From assembly GCA_016704305.1 (NCBI GenBank), contig JADJAL010000031.1:148-64147 (forward strand): a stretch of 64,000 nucleotides of DNA, in the 5' to 3' direction. Position 1 is the stretch's first letter, and every line of letters begins with the position of its first letter. A program made the position numbers and the translations under genes. The stretch is from Haliea sp. GTDB lineage: Bacteria > Pseudomonadota > Gammaproteobacteria > Pseudomonadales > Halieaceae. Shown here one piece after another: positions 1-11,479 of this stretch. Below the pieces are notes generated by a model, which worked only from the letters and a program-made list of their open reading frames with translations, was not told where the DNA came from and ran no database searches.

Positions 1-1667
1 CGTTGATGCTGCGGTTGGGAATATCGATCTCAATGATGTCACCGTTCTCCACCAGGCCGATGGCACCGCCCGATGCCGCTTCAGGCGACGCGTGGCCTAT
101 CGACAGGCCCGAGGTGCCGCCGGAGAAGCGCCCGTCGGTGAGCAGCGCGCAGACTTTGCCGAGGCCCTTGGACTTGATGTAACTGGTGGGGTACAGCATT
201 TCCTGCATGCCCGGCCCGCCGCGCGGGCCCTCGTAGCGCACGACGACCACATCGCCCGCTTTCACGCGGTCGTTCAGGATGTCGTCAACCGCGGTGTCCT
301 GGCTTTCACAGACGTGGGCGGGGCCGGAAAACTTGAGTATCGAATCGTCCACGCCGGCCGTTTTGACCACGCAGCCATCCAGCGCGATGTTGCCGGTGAG
401 GATAGCGAGCCCGCCCTTCCAAGGAAAACGCGTGTTCCAGCGAGCGAATACAGCCGCCCTCGCGGTCGTTGTCGAGACTGGGCCAGCGCGTGCTCTGGCT
501 GAAGGCGGTTTGCGTCGGTATGCCGGCGGGCCCAGCGCTGAAGAATTTGTGCACGGCCGCGTCATCGGTGCGCATGATGTCCCACGCGTTAAGCGCGTCG
601 CCCAGGGTTTTGCTGTGCACGGTGGCGCAATCGCTGTGCAGCAGGCCCGCGCGATCCAGCTCGCCGAGAATGCCCATGATGCCGCCCGCGCGGTGCACGT
701 CTTCCATATGGTACTTGGGCGTACTGGGCGCCACCTTGCACAACTGCGGCACCTTGCGCGACAGCCGGTCGATATCCGCCAGCGTGAAATCCAGCTCGGC
801 TTCCTGCGCCGCGGCCAGCAGGTGCAGGATGGTGTTGGTGGAGCCGCCCATGGCGATATCGAGGCTCATCGCGTTCTCGAAGGCTTTGAAATTGCCGATG
901 TTGCGCGGCAACACCGAGGCGTCATCCTGCTCGTAGTAGCGCTTGCACAGCTCGACGATGACGCGCCCGGCGCGCAGGAACAACTGCTCGCGGTCGGAGT
1001 GCGTGGCCAGCGTCGAGCCGTTGCCCGGCAGCGACAGGCCCAGCGCTTCGGTCAGGCAGTTCATCGAGTTGGCGGTGAACATGCCGGAGCAGGAGCCGCA
1101 GGTGGGGCAGGCGGAGCGCTCGTACTCCGCGACTTTTTCGTCGGAGGCGCTGTCGTCGCCGGCGATCACCATCGCGTCGATCAGGTCCAGCTTGTGTTCC
1201 GACAATTTGGTCTTGCCCGCTTCCATCGGCCCGCCGGACACGAACACCACCGGTATATTGAGGCGCATCGCGGCGTTCAGCATGCCGGGGGTGATCTTGT
1301 CGCAATTGGAAATACACACCATGGCGTCGGCGCAATGCGCGTTGACCATGTACTCCACCGAGTCCGAGATAATGTCGCGCGAGGGCAGGCTGTAGAGCAT
1401 GCCGTCATGGCCCATCGCGATGCCGTCATCCACTGCGATGGTATTGAATTCCTTCGCCACGCCGCCCGCCGCTTCGATTTCGCGCGCCACCAGCTGGCCG
1501 AGGTCTTTCAGGTGTACATGGCCGGGCACGAACTGGGTGAAGGAGTTGACCACCGCAATGATGGGCTTGCCGAAATCGCCGTCTTTCATGCCGGTGGCGC
1601 GCCACAGGGCGCGGGCGCCAGCCATGTTGCGGCCGGCGGTGGAGGTCTTGGAGCGATAGTCGGGCAT
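1..1667 (-). CDS. ilvD: Dihydroxy-acid dehydratase; runs off the window edge; 1-bp frameshift near 415
   Basis: [26 protein letters not shown] start, NCDKITPG and [18 protein letters not shown] motifs. After an extra G at about 415 the frame resumes as [20 protein letters not shown]...[13 protein letters not shown]. Confidence 0.97.
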
Positions 1668-1835
1668 ACATGTGTACCGTTTGCGGGACCGGCGAGTACT
1701 TAATATCCGCAGGTCAAAAGCGGGCACGCAGGATAGCAAAAATCCGCCAAAGTTTAACTAGCGCCCGTGGGGAAATGCCCTGCCCGCCTTTTCGTCCTAT
1801 ACTTCAGTATCTGCATTGCTTTGAGGCTCGAAGTG

Positions 1836-2332
1836 ATGTTTGGCAAGCGCATTTTGTTATACCTCGGTGGTTTCCTTATCGTGTTGTCGGCCAATACTGT
1901 CGCGGCATTTCGCAATTGTAATACGCAGGACAGCGATGCGTGGTCGGCGTCCACCCGCTACACGGTGGGCGAAATAAGTTTCGACGCGGCCAGCGGACTC
2001 GCCTCGGGAACCGAAACCAATTACAACTATTCCAATGCCCATGCCGACGGAATCGGGGAATGCCACGTCACCTACGAATTGAGCGGCACCTATGTACCGG
2101 TTGTCGAGGTGTTCGTCCTCAATGCGCGCCGCTCAATCACAGTGCTACCTGCTCCGACGCGCTACTGCGCGTGGAGTACCCGTCCTACAGATTCCACAAC
2201 CTGCAGGTGGAACATGCCCCGGACGGGACAGCGGTGGTGAACAACGCCGGGAACGGCGATTTCCCCGCGTTTGGTTTCTGGCGGACGGGTGCGGTCGTCT
2301 ATAAAACCGAGGAGCACTGCTCGATTCACTAG
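1836..2332 (+). CDS. Secreted hypothetical protein; frameshift near 2133
   Basis: Signal-peptide-like N-terminus MFGKRILLYLGGFLIVLSANTVAA. ORFs 1767..2240 and 1940..2332 join plausibly at cgctcaatcac. Confidence 0.55.
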
Positions 2333-2375
2333 CGGGTCGCCCTGGACTGGGCTTCTGTAAATCAGGACGCAGCAC

Positions 2376-3080
2376 ATGCAGGCAGAGACGATTATTCCCG
2401 CCCGGTTCAACGGGCCACCCGGGTCGGGCAACGGCGGCTACAGTTGTGGTTTGCTGGCAGCGCGCATCGACGGCCCTGCCCGTGTCAGGCTGCACGCGCC
2501 TCCACCGCTTGAGACCGGACTCAGCGTCAGCGCAGCGGCTGGCGGGGGAATCCAGTTCTACGACGGCGCAACCCTGGTCGCCAGTGCCGAGCCCGCTGAA
2601 CTAGAGCTTGCGATTCCACCCCCGCCCTCCCATGCGGCCGCACAGGCCGCGATGACAGGGTTTCCGTGCTACGAAGGACATCCGTTTCCCACCTGTTTTG
2701 TCTGCGGCCCCGCGCGCGCCCAGCGCGATGGGCTGGCGCTGTTTCCCGGTCCGCTAGCCTCCGGCAATGTGTGGGCATGTGCGTGGCAGCCCAGTGCGGA
2801 TTTGCTGGACGCCAGGGGCATGTTACGCCCCGAGATACGGTGGTCCGCGCTGGACTGCCCCGGCTATTTCGCCGTTCTGGGCGAACGGCTGCGACCGGCG
2901 TTGCTCGGCGAACTGGTGGCGGAATTGCGCGCAGATGTCAGCGCTGCCGCGCCGCTGGTTGTGTACGCATGGCCGCTGGGCAGTGAGGGCAGGAAGCACT
3001 ACGCCGGAACGGCCATCGCCACGGAGCAGGGTGACATCGTGGCCTGTGCGCGATCGATCTGGATCGAACTCAAGCGCTGA
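2376..3080 (+). CDS. Hotdog-fold / thioesterase-like protein
   Basis: RFNGPPGSGNGGYSCG, HPFPTCFVCGP and WSALDCPG motifs of a tandem hotdog-fold family. Confidence 0.75.
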   Translation: MQAETIIPARFNGPPGSGNGGYSCGLLAARIDGPARVRLHAPPPLETGLSVSAAAGGGIQFYDGATLVASAEPAELELAIPPPPSHAAAQAAMTGFPCYEGHPFPTCFVCGPARAQRDGLALFPGPLASGNVWACAWQPSADLLDARGMLRPEIRWSALDCPGYFAVLGERLRPALLGELVAELRADVSAAAPLVVYAWPLGSEGRKHYAGTAIATEQGDIVACARSIWIELKR

Positions 3081-3111
3081 ACGAGCGACCCGTGCTATGC
3101 AGGCGCCACGT

Positions 3112-4416
3112 TCACAGCGCCTTGAAAAACACCTTCGAATTGCGCTGCAAGTTGTAGAGCTGCTTTTTCTTGCCCGGCAGCTCATCGCGCGAGGCTTCCA
3201 CGAAGCCCTGCTCGATGAACCAGTGGGCGGTTTGCGTGGTGAGCACGAACACCCGGGTAAGTCCCTGGCGGCGGGCTTCCTGCTCCAGCGTGTGCAGCAA
3301 ACGCTGTCCGCGCTTGCCGCCGCGGTAGTCGGGATGCGACACAATGCACGCAACCTCGCCGCAGCTGTCGTCGGGAAACGGGTAGAGCGCGGCGCAGGCA
3401 ATGATGCGCCCGTCCCTCTCCAGCAAACGGAACTGGCTGATTTCCGTTTCCAGCAATTCGCGCGAACGCTTCAGCAGCACACCTTGCTGTTCCAGCGGTT
3501 CGATCAGTTCGAGGATGCCGCCCACGTCGTCGATGTTGGCCTGGCGCAGCAGCTCGTACTCGTCCTTGGCCACCAGCGTGCCGCAGCCATCGTGCGTGAA
3601 CAACTCCTGCAACAGCGCGCAGTCATCCGCGTGGCTGATGATATGGCAGCGCGCGACGCCGGCCAGGCAGGCGCGCTTGGCGGTTTGCAGCAGCGAGGAC
3701 TGCTCGGCATCGGCAATGTGAAGGCTGCTGACATCGCCGACAGCGCACTGCCGGATCAATTCTCCCGCGCCGTTCTCGATACCGTCAGCGCTGCCAAACA
3801 ACACGAGTTTGTCCGCGCCAATTGCGGCGGCGCAGTGCACGGCGATGTCTTCCAACGACACGTTGAAGATCTCGCCGGTGGGAGAATAGCCGAGTGGCGA
3901 GAGCAGCACAATGGAGCCATTCGCCAGCTGCTGGTCTATCCCGTCTGCATCGATGCGACGCACCCTGCCGGTATGCTGGAAGTCCACGCCATCGACCACG
4001 CCGATGGGTTTGGCGGTGACGAAGTTGCCCGAGCACACGCGCATGCGCGAGCCCTGCATCGGCGAGTTCGGCAATCCCATCGACAACAGGGCTTCGATCT
4101 GCGCGCGCATGGAGCCCGCGGCATCCTTGACGTGCTCCAGCGCGGCGTTGTCGGTGATGCGCATGCCGTCGTGGAAAACGCTCTCCAGCCCCGCGCTTTG
4201 CAGGCGCTGGTCGATCTGGCTGCGCGAGCCGTGGATCAGCACCAGGCGCACGCCGAGGCTGTTCAGCAGCGCGATGTCGTGCACGAGGTGGGGAAAGTTT
4301 TCGTGTTGCGCGATGGCGCCCCCCAGCATCAGCACAAAGGTCTTGCCCCGGTGTGCATTGATGTAGGGTGCGGTGTTTCGCAACCAGCGAATATGGGCCC
4401 GCGCCGACGTTGTCAC
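3112..4416 (-). CDS. argA: Amino-acid N-acetyltransferase (N-acetylglutamate synthase)
   Basis: WLRNTAPYINAHRGKTFV, amino-acid-kinase-like domain plus C-terminal GNAT domain (LYNLQRNSKVF). GTG start at 4416 is inferred. Confidence 0.95.
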   Translation of the reverse strand: MTTSARAHIRWLRNTAPYINAHRGKTFVLMLGGAIAQHENFPHLVHDIALLNSLGVRLVLIHGSRSQIDQRLQSAGLESVFHDGMRITDNAALEHVKDAAGSMRAQIEALLSMGLPNSPMQGSRMRVCSGNFVTAKPIGVVDGVDFQHTGRVRRIDADGIDQQLANGSIVLLSPLGYSPTGEIFNVSLEDIAVHCAAAIGADKLVLFGSADGIENGAGELIRQCAVGDVSSLHIADAEQSSLLQTAKRACLAGVARCHIISHADDCALLQELFTHDGCGTLVAKDEYELLRQANIDDVGGILELIEPLEQQGVLLKRSRELLETEISQFRLLERDGRIIACAALYPFPDDSCGEVACIVSHPDYRGGKRGQRLLHTLEQEARRQGLTRVFVLTTQTAHWFIEQGFVEASRDELPGKKKQLYNLQRNSKVFFKAL

Positions 4417-4432
4417 ATTGACTTCCAAGCTA

Positions 4433-4454
4433 TTGATAAATAGAAAGTTATCAA
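4433..4454. promoter_or_regulatory. Palindrome TTGATAA-N8-TTATCAA just upstream of argA; possible operator
   Basis: ttgataa at 4433-4439 and ttatcaa at 4448-4454 in an AT-rich patch. The regulator is unknown. Confidence 0.35.
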
Positions 4455-4568
4455 GGGTACCCAAAGCGGTGGGGATTACCTAATGGCAATATTGCACAGT
4501 GTTGGCACCCCGGTGTGCGCTGCTGGCTGTCAATCGACAGCTTCCCGGGGACCGGTGTAGGAGATTTG

Positions 4569-5876
4569 TTACAGCATGCTGAAGAACGGCCCCGAGACTT
4601 CGTAGGTGATGCCGTCGAGCGCGCTTCCGGAGGTGCCGCGCTGCGAGCTGAAGTACAACCGCGTGCCGTCCGGGCTGAACGCGGGACCGGTGATTTCGGA
4701 ATCATCGTGGCCGACAAGCTGCAACAGGGGAAGCACCACCCCCGCCGGCGACAGCACCACGAGTTGCATGTCACCGTTGTCTTCCGCGACCAGATACTCG
4801 CCCGCGAAGTTCACGGCGATATTGTCGACGCCGGACAGGATGGGATTGGCATTACTCGCCTCGTCGTAGGTAATGGCGAGGGTTTGCGTCGCCACGGTGT
4901 ACGTCCACACCCGATTGTCGCCCTTGGTGGTGAACGCGATCCGGTCCCCGAACGCGACGATCCCCTCGCCCCCGTTGAATGGCGTGCTCCACGGCACCTG
5001 CCGACGGGTGGGCTGCGCAAGGCCGAGTGGATCGGGCAGGTCGTGCCAGACGACCGTGTTCACGCCCTGCTCCACGATCACCTGGGCGACGGCCAGCGTG
5101 CCGGCGGACAGGTCGGCGAAGCCCGCGCCGGTCAGGGTATCCGGGGTAAAGCGGTAAAATCGCCCGTCCGTCCTGTCCTCGGTCAGGTACAGCGTGTGCG
5201 TGCTCTCGTGGTAAGCAACGGCCTCGTGGTTGAAGCGGTAGAGCGCAGGCCGCTCGATTGCGGGCTGCACACCGTGTGGGTCGCACTCGAAGACGCGGCC
5301 GTTATCGCCGCTCTCCTCGCAGGACAACCACGTGCCCCAGGGCGTGGCGCCGCCCGCGCAATTGCCCGACGTGCCAGCCAGGATCGGGTAGGCATCGACG
5401 ATGTTGCCGTTGGCATCGAAACGCACTGCGGAGGCGCCGCCAAGCGAGCTTACGAGTTCGCAGTTGGAGACGTAGATCCAGCCGTCACCGTCGGCGTAGC
5501 AGGCGCCGCCGTCCGGCGAGCCGTGCCAGGCAAACCCACTGCCCAGGACAACGGGATTCGCGGCGCGGGCGATGACACGGGAAGTGAAGCCAGCAGGCAG
5601 GCGCACGCCGTTCTCGTCGGGCTGTAGCAGCGGCCCGAGATTCGTCAGGTTGGAAACCTGCAGCCCGCAGCCCGCGCTAACCTCCGCTGCGCGGCTGGCG
5701 TCGCTGAATGCGACGAGCCAGGGCGTCGCCACCAGCGCCGAGAAGTACTGCATATTGCGTGCGATGAAACGGCGGCGGGAGAACGCGCCCGCAGCGGGTT
5801 CTGGCGAACGCCCTTCGCGCTGTTCCGCGCACAGGTTCGGGTTGGGCAGGCGGGTGCTGTCGGAGTCGGGTGACAT
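4569..5876 (-). CDS. phoX: PhoX-family (DUF839) alkaline phosphatase, Tat-exported
   Basis: FSRRRF twin-arginine motif, PDGG, NCAGGATPWGTWLSCEE, FNHEAVA, EITGPAFSPDGTRLYFSSQRG. Confidence 0.85.
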   Translation of the reverse strand: MSPDSDSTRLPNPNLCAEQREGRSPEPAAGAFSRRRFIARNMQYFSALVATPWLVAFSDASRAAEVSAGCGLQVSNLTNLGPLLQPDENGVRLPAGFTSRVIARAANPVVLGSGFAWHGSPDGGACYADGDGWIYVSNCELVSSLGGASAVRFDANGNIVDAYPILAGTSGNCAGGATPWGTWLSCEESGDNGRVFECDPHGVQPAIERPALYRFNHEAVAYHESTHTLYLTEDRTDGRFYRFTPDTLTGAGFADLSAGTLAVAQVIVEQGVNTVVWHDLPDPLGLAQPTRRQVPWSTPFNGGEGIVAFGDRIAFTTKGDNRVWTYTVATQTLAITYDEASNANPILSGVDNIAVNFAGEYLVAEDNGDMQLVVLSPAGVVLPLLQLVGHDDSEITGPAFSPDGTRLYFSSQRGTSGSALDGITYEVSGPFFSML

Positions 5877-6127
5877 GGCGGGCCTCGCGTTGGTTAAACG
5901 AAGTATAAAAAATAAAAGCGGGACGTTGCGAATAAGTTACCAGGCGGAATCGACATAGCAGGCTGGCCAACGGGGCGATGCCTGCAGGGCTCAATAACGC
6001 CATGGTTGCGAAGGCTGCCGCGCAACGCCACTGCCGCCACCTGAAAATCTACTCCCAACAACACGTTTACCCGGCCTATACTTGCCGGCTCCGTTTCGCC
6101 AGATCAGCTGATTTCAAAGGTAATTGC

Positions 6128-6641
6128 ATGAGTACGGATTTCATCCTCAATGGGCGCCCCGCCAGCAGTGGCGCTGACCCGCAGATGCCGCTGTTGTGGG
6201 TGCTGCGCGAGCAGCTCGCGCTGACGGGCACCAAGTTCGGTTGCGGCAAGGGCCTGTGCGGCGCGTGCACCGTGCACATGGACGGCATTCCGATCCGCTC
6301 CTGCTCCATCCCGCTATCCATGATCGCCGGGCGCGAGGTGCGCACTATCGAGGGGCTAAGCAGGCGGCGGGGAACTGCATCCCGTGCAGCAGGCGTGGCT
6401 GGAGATGAACACGCCGCAGTGCGGCTACTGCCAGTCGGGGCAGATTATGTCGGCGGTGGCGCTGCTCGCCACCAATGCCGCGCCCGACGACGCGGCGATC
6501 GATGCCGCGATGGCGGGCAACATCTGCCGCTGCGGGACCTATCCGCGTGTCCGCCGCGCGATCCACCGCGCGGCCGAGCTGTTTCGCGAGCAGGACGCGC
6601 TGCCCGCAGCGGGCACTGCAGCTGTGGAGGCCACGCCATGA
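6128..6641 (+). CDS. 2Fe-2S small subunit of an isoquinoline-1-oxidoreductase-type molybdoenzyme (IorA-like); frameshift near 6365
   Basis: [17 protein letters not shown], then in the shifted frame [10 protein letters not shown]...GNICRCGTY. Stop overlaps the next start (ATGA). Confidence 0.9.
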
Positions 6642-8857
6642 GCGGCATCGATCGGCGCGGCTTTTTACGCCTGGTGACGGTGGCCGGCGGCGGGCTGGCG
6701 CTCGGCATCGCGCTGCCTGGCTGCGGTTCAAAACCGGAGTCCTGGCCGAACGCGCAGGCCGGCACCTTCCAGCCCAATGCCTTCCTGCAGCTGCGGCCCG
6801 ACGGACGCATCGTGCTGGCGGTGCACAAGGCCGAGATGGGGCAGGGCGTCACCACCGGTCTCGCCACGCTGGTGGCCGAGGAACTCGATGTCGATCCGTT
6901 GTCGCTGGAAATCACCTTCGCGCAGCCACATGCGGACTTCAAGGACCCGGAGTTCCGCATGATGATCACCGGCGGCAGTGCCTCGTTGAAAGCGAGCTGG
7001 TTGCCGCTGCGGGAAGCGGCGGCGACCATGCGCCAGATGCTGCTGCAGGCCGCCGCAGCGGGCTGGGGCGTGGCAGTTGCGGACTGCGTGGCCGAGGACG
7101 GCGCGGTGCGCCTGCGTGACGGGTCGAGGCGCGCCACATACGGGGAACTGGTGGAAGCTGCGGCACAGTTGCCGCTGCCCGCCACGCAGGCACCATTGAA
7201 ATCGCCGGCCGACTGGCGCTGGATCGGCAAGCACGACGCGCGCGTGGATGCGCGCGAAAAGATCGATGGCACGGCGCTCTTCGCGCTCGACGTGCAGTTG
7301 CCCGGGATGCTGACCGCCGTGCTGCTGCGCTGCCCGCACTTCGGCGGGAGCCTGAAGCAGTTCGACGGTGCGAAAGCGGCGGCGAGCCCCGGTGTGCGGC
7401 TGGTGACAGCCTGCGCGGGCGGCGTGGCGGTGGTGGCCGATGGCTATTGGAACGCGCGCCAGGGGGCGGCTCTGGTCGAGGTCGAGTGGGACAAGGGCCC
7501 GCAGGCCGGGCTCGATTCCGCCGCGATCGCCGCGCGCCTGGAGGATACGCTGGACGCGCAGGACGGCAACGTGGTGCGCGAAAGCGGTGAGCGCTCAAAG
7601 GCAGCGGTCGCGCGCACCGTGGAGGCGGAGTACCGCGTGCCTTTCCTCGCGCACGCCACGATGGAACCGATGAACGCCGTGGCACAGGTGCAGGGCCAGC
7701 ACGCCGAGGTCTGGGCTGGCAACCAGGCGCCCGATGTATTGCAGGGACTGGTGGCGCGCGCGTTAAAAATTCCGGCGTCCAACGTAACGATCAACACCAC
7801 GTTGTTGGGCGGCGGCTTTGGCCGGCGCGCGATGGTGGACTTCGCGGTCGAGGCCGCGCTGGTCGCGCAGGCCGCCGGCGCGACGGCGCCCGGCGCGGCA
7901 ACGGCCGCCGCACCAGTCAAGCTGGTGTGGTCGCGCGAGGACGACATGCACCACGACTGGTACCGGCCAGCCGCTTTGGCGCGCTCGAAGGTCGAGATTG
8001 ACGCGGCGGGCAATATCCTCGCGTGGGAGCAGCGCGTCACGGCCGCGAGCATCATGGCGCAGATGGTGCCGGTGCTGGGCCTCTCGATGCTGCCGCAGTG
8101 GATGCCCGACGGCGTGATGGCGCCAGTCGCGGCGCTGGTCGGCAGCTACGACGACGCGATTGGCGAGGGCGTGGCGGAGCTGCCCTACGAGCTGCCGTAC
8201 ATTCGCGTCGAGGCGCAGCACGCGGACACCGGTGTGCCGGTCGGCGTGTGGCGCTCGGTCGGCCATTCGCAGAATGCCTTCTTCGCAGAGAGTTTCGTGG
8301 ACGAGGTCGCGCACGCGCTGGGCGAGGATCCGCTGGCCTTTCGCATGCAGCGCCTGCCCGCGCAATCGCGCCATGCGAAGGTCCTGGCGCGCGTTGCCGA
8401 AGCGGCGGACTGGGGTCGGCCGGCCGAGGGCCGTTTCCAGGGCCTCGCGTTGCACGAGTCGTTCGGCTCGGTGGTGGGCGAGGTCGCGGAGGTGTCGCTC
8501 GCGGACGGCAAGGCGCGCATCGAGCGCATCGTGTGCGTGGTCGACTGCGGCATCGCGGTCAACCCGGACGTGGTGCGCATGCAGGCCGAGAGCGCTATCG
8601 TCTATGCGCTGTCCGCTGCGCTGCACGGGGAAATCACCATCGCCGAGGGCGCCGTGGTGCAGAACAACTTCGACGACTACCCGGTGCTGCGCATTGACGA
8701 ATGCCCGCTGATCGAGGTGCACATCGTGGCCAGCGAGGCAGAGCCGAGCGGCATCGGCGAACCACCGACCCCGCCGCTGGCACCCGCGCTGGCCAATGCG
8801 CTATTCGCAGCCACCGGGCGGCGGCAGCGGGAGCTGCCGCTGGAGCTTGCAAGTTAG
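6638..8857 (+). CDS. Molybdopterin-binding large subunit (IorB / xanthine dehydrogenase family)
   Basis: IDRRGFL N-terminus, [42 protein letters not shown]. Confidence 0.92.
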   Translation: MSGIDRRGFLRLVTVAGGGLALGIALPGCGSKPESWPNAQAGTFQPNAFLQLRPDGRIVLAVHKAEMGQGVTTGLATLVAEELDVDPLSLEITFAQPHADFKDPEFRMMITGGSASLKASWLPLREAAATMRQMLLQAAAAGWGVAVADCVAEDGAVRLRDGSRRATYGELVEAAAQLPLPATQAPLKSPADWRWIGKHDARVDAREKIDGTALFALDVQLPGMLTAVLLRCPHFGGSLKQFDGAKAAASPGVRLVTACAGGVAVVADGYWNARQGAALVEVEWDKGPQAGLDSAAIAARLEDTLDAQDGNVVRESGERSKAAVARTVEAEYRVPFLAHATMEPMNAVAQVQGQHAEVWAGNQAPDVLQGLVARALKIPASNVTINTTLLGGGFGRRAMVDFAVEAALVAQAAGATAPGAATAAAPVKLVWSREDDMHHDWYRPAALARSKVEIDAAGNILAWEQRVTAASIMAQMVPVLGLSMLPQWMPDGVMAPVAALVGSYDDAIGEGVAELPYELPYIRVEAQHADTGVPVGVWRSVGHSQNAFFAESFVDEVAHALGEDPLAFRMQRLPAQSRHAKVLARVAEAADWGRPAEGRFQGLALHESFGSVVGEVAEVSLADGKARIERIVCVVDCGIAVNPDVVRMQAESAIVYALSAALHGEITIAEGAVVQNNFDDYPVLRIDECPLIEVHIVASEAEPSGIGEPPTPPLAPALANALFAATGRRQRELPLELAS

Positions 8858-8942
8858 TTTGCACTGACTGTTGGCCGGAAGGCGCCCTGATGGTCCGCCA
8901 AACCCGGCCCTGTGATGTCGCGCCAGCAGGGTTTGCCCCGAT

Positions 8943-10094
8943 TCAGAGACAGTAGTGGCGAATGCACTGTTGTAGCAGCGCGATGCAGGGCTGGATCTGG
9001 TCCAGCTCAAGGTACTCATCGGGTTGGTGGGCGCGGTCGATGGAGCCAGGCCCCATCACGATGGTTTCCATGCCCAGTTGTTGCAGGAATGGCGCCTCGG
9101 TGGCGAAGGCCACGGCTTCCGCGGTGTGCCCGGTCAGTTTTTCCGCCAGCAGCACCAGTTCGCTTTGTGCGCCCTGCTCGAACGGGCCGATATCGGCGAT
9201 CAGTGGTCGCAGTTCTATCTCCAGCCCGCGCTGCGCAGCGAGGAGCTGCATGCGCTGCTGGATTTCCGCGCGCACCGTGGCGTTGTCGCCGCCAGGCGTG
9301 AGGCGCAGGTCAAAATGCAACTCGGCTTTGCCGCAGATACGATTGGGGCTGTCGCCCCCGTGAATGCAACCCAGGTTGAGCGTGGGTACGGCGACCTGGA
9401 AAAAATCGTTGCTGAAACGCGTGGCGAGTTCCTTGCGGTAGGCCATCAAGTCACCCATCACGGCATGCATGCCCTCCAGCGCGCTGTTGCCCAGCGCCGG
9501 GTTCGAGGAGTGGCCGGCGCGACCGGTGACGCGCACGGACTCCATCATGATGCCCTTGTGCATGCGCACCGGCACCAGCGACGTGGGTTCGCCGATGATC
9601 GCGGCCCGCGCCTTCGGGCGTCCGGCTGCGGCCAGTTGCCGCGCGCCGGACATGGAGCTTTCCTCGTCGGCGGTGGCCAGCAGGATCAGGGGTTGCTTGA
9701 GTTGCTCGGCGGTGAACGCGCTGGCGGCGGCGATGGCCAGCGGGAAGAAGCCTTTCATGTCCGTGCTGCCGAGGCCGTACAGTCGGTTGTCGCGCTCGGC
9801 CAGGCCCAGTGGGTCACTCTGCCAGCGGCCCTCGTCGAAGGGCACGGTGTCGGTGTGTCCGGCCAGCACCAGGCCGCCCGGCCCGCTGCCCAGCGTGGCG
9901 ATAAGATTCGCCTTGTTGCCGTCGGCAGTGACGTTCTGTATCTCGATCTGGAAGCCCATGTCGCCCAGCCAGCTGGCGAGCAGGTCTATCACCGCGCGAT
10001 TGCCCTGGTCCCACCCGGGATCGGTGGAGCTTACCGAGGGTGTCGCCACCAACTGCCTGAGCTGCGCGATAATCCGGCTGTGGGACTGGGGCAT
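8943..10094 (-). CDS. argE: Acetylornithine deacetylase
   Basis: GHTDTVP, GSTDMKGF, ADEESSM, GEPT, GHSSNP, GPGSIDRAHQPDEY (M20A motifs). Confidence 0.95.
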   Translation of the reverse strand: MPQSHSRIIAQLRQLVATPSVSSTDPGWDQGNRAVIDLLASWLGDMGFQIEIQNVTADGNKANLIATLGSGPGGLVLAGHTDTVPFDEGRWQSDPLGLAERDNRLYGLGSTDMKGFFPLAIAAASAFTAEQLKQPLILLATADEESSMSGARQLAAAGRPKARAAIIGEPTSLVPVRMHKGIMMESVRVTGRAGHSSNPALGNSALEGMHAVMGDLMAYRKELATRFSNDFFQVAVPTLNLGCIHGGDSPNRICGKAELHFDLRLTPGGDNATVRAEIQQRMQLLAAQRGLEIELRPLIADIGPFEQGAQSELVLLAEKLTGHTAEAVAFATEAPFLQQLGMETIVMGPGSIDRAHQPDEYLELDQIQPCIALLQQCIRHYCL

Positions 10095-10182
10095 TGCGGC
10101 TCCGGTTAGTGCTGCTGCGCGAGGCGGGAGAGATCGGCCAGTCTAGTCAAGCGGCGCCCCGGCGCCAAGTACGGTATCCGGC

Positions 10183-11464
10183 CTAGATACCGAAAGTCCC
10201 CTTGAACATCAGGAAAAACACTATCGCCAGCGCCGCGCCCGCCGGCAGGGTGATGATCCACGAGACAAAGATGCTGCCGATGACCCCGAGGTTAAGCGCG
10301 CCTATGCCCCGCGCGAAGCCCACGCCCAGTATCGCACCGACCAGGGTGTGGGTAGTGGAGATCGGCAAGCCGGTGCCGGATGCGAAGACCACGGTGGCAG
10401 CGGCGGCCAGGGTCGCCGCGAACGCGCGACTTGGCGTCAGTTCGGTGATCTCGCTGCCTACGGTGAGAATCACTCGCCAGCCATAGGTAACCAGGCCCAC
10501 CACGATACCCACTGCCCCCACCAATAATATCCACCACGGCACGGCGGCGGTCGCTGCCACCGCACCGCCTGATTTTACCGTGCTGACAATAGCGGAGACC
10601 GGTCCAACAGCATTGGCGACATCATTGGAGCCATGCGCGAAGGCCATCGCGCAGGCGGTGAAAATCATCAACACGCCAAACACCCGCTCCACGGAGCGGT
10701 AACGGTGCATCTCATCCGGGACATCCTTGATCCTGCGCATGAGCACTACACCCAGGGCGGCCACCAGCAGCCCGGCGCCCACGGAGATGGGTACCGCGTT
10801 GGCAAACGTGCTGCCCAATCCCAGATCGATGTCCAGGCCGACATGTTTCAGGCCCTTGAGCAGTGTGACCATGGAGATCATGAAGCCCACCATCCACATG
10901 TACACAGGGATAACCCTTTTTGCGCGCTGGAACGGGTCGTGGGTATCGAGAATGAACACGTTGACGCTTTTGAACAAACTGTAGGCTATGGCGCCAGCCA
11001 GCAAGGGCGAGATCACCCAGCTGAGTGCAATCGAGCCCACCTGGCCCCAGTGCACCACACTCAGGAGAGATGCCCACGGCAACAAAGCCCACGATGGCGC
11101 CGACAATGGAATGCGTGGTCGATACCGGCCAGCCATTCATGCTGGCGATCAACAACCAGGTGCCCGATGCCAGTAACGCGGACAACATGCCGAAGACCAT
11201 CAACTCCGGGTGTCCGCTCATGACGTCGGCGTCGATGATGCCGTCGCGGATCGTCGCAGTGACTTCGCCGCCGGCAAAATACGCCCCGAGGAACTCAAAC
11301 ACCATCGCGATAATGAGCGCCTGCCGGAGCGTCAGGGCCTTGGAGCCCACGGACGTACCCATCGCGTTCGCCACGTCATTGGCGCCGATCCCCCAGGCCA
11401 TGAAGAATCCGAACACGCAGGCCATGATCAGGAAAATACTGCCGTGCTGGGCAATGATTTCCAT
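10183..11464 (-). CDS. Inorganic phosphate transporter, PiT family; frameshift near 11058
   Basis: GIGANDVANAMGTSVGS and PVSTTHSIVG in the N-half; AHGSNDVANA and PISTTH in the C-half, in different frames. Confidence 0.92.
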
Positions 11465-11479
11465 GCTGACTCCTCGGAT

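Noticed and set aside
5978-8857. 959-aa ORF that looks like an IorA-IorB fusion
   Set aside because: A frameshift near 6365 moves the small subunit into the large-subunit frame. The true small-subunit C-terminus is in ORF 6384..6641, with ATGA coupling.
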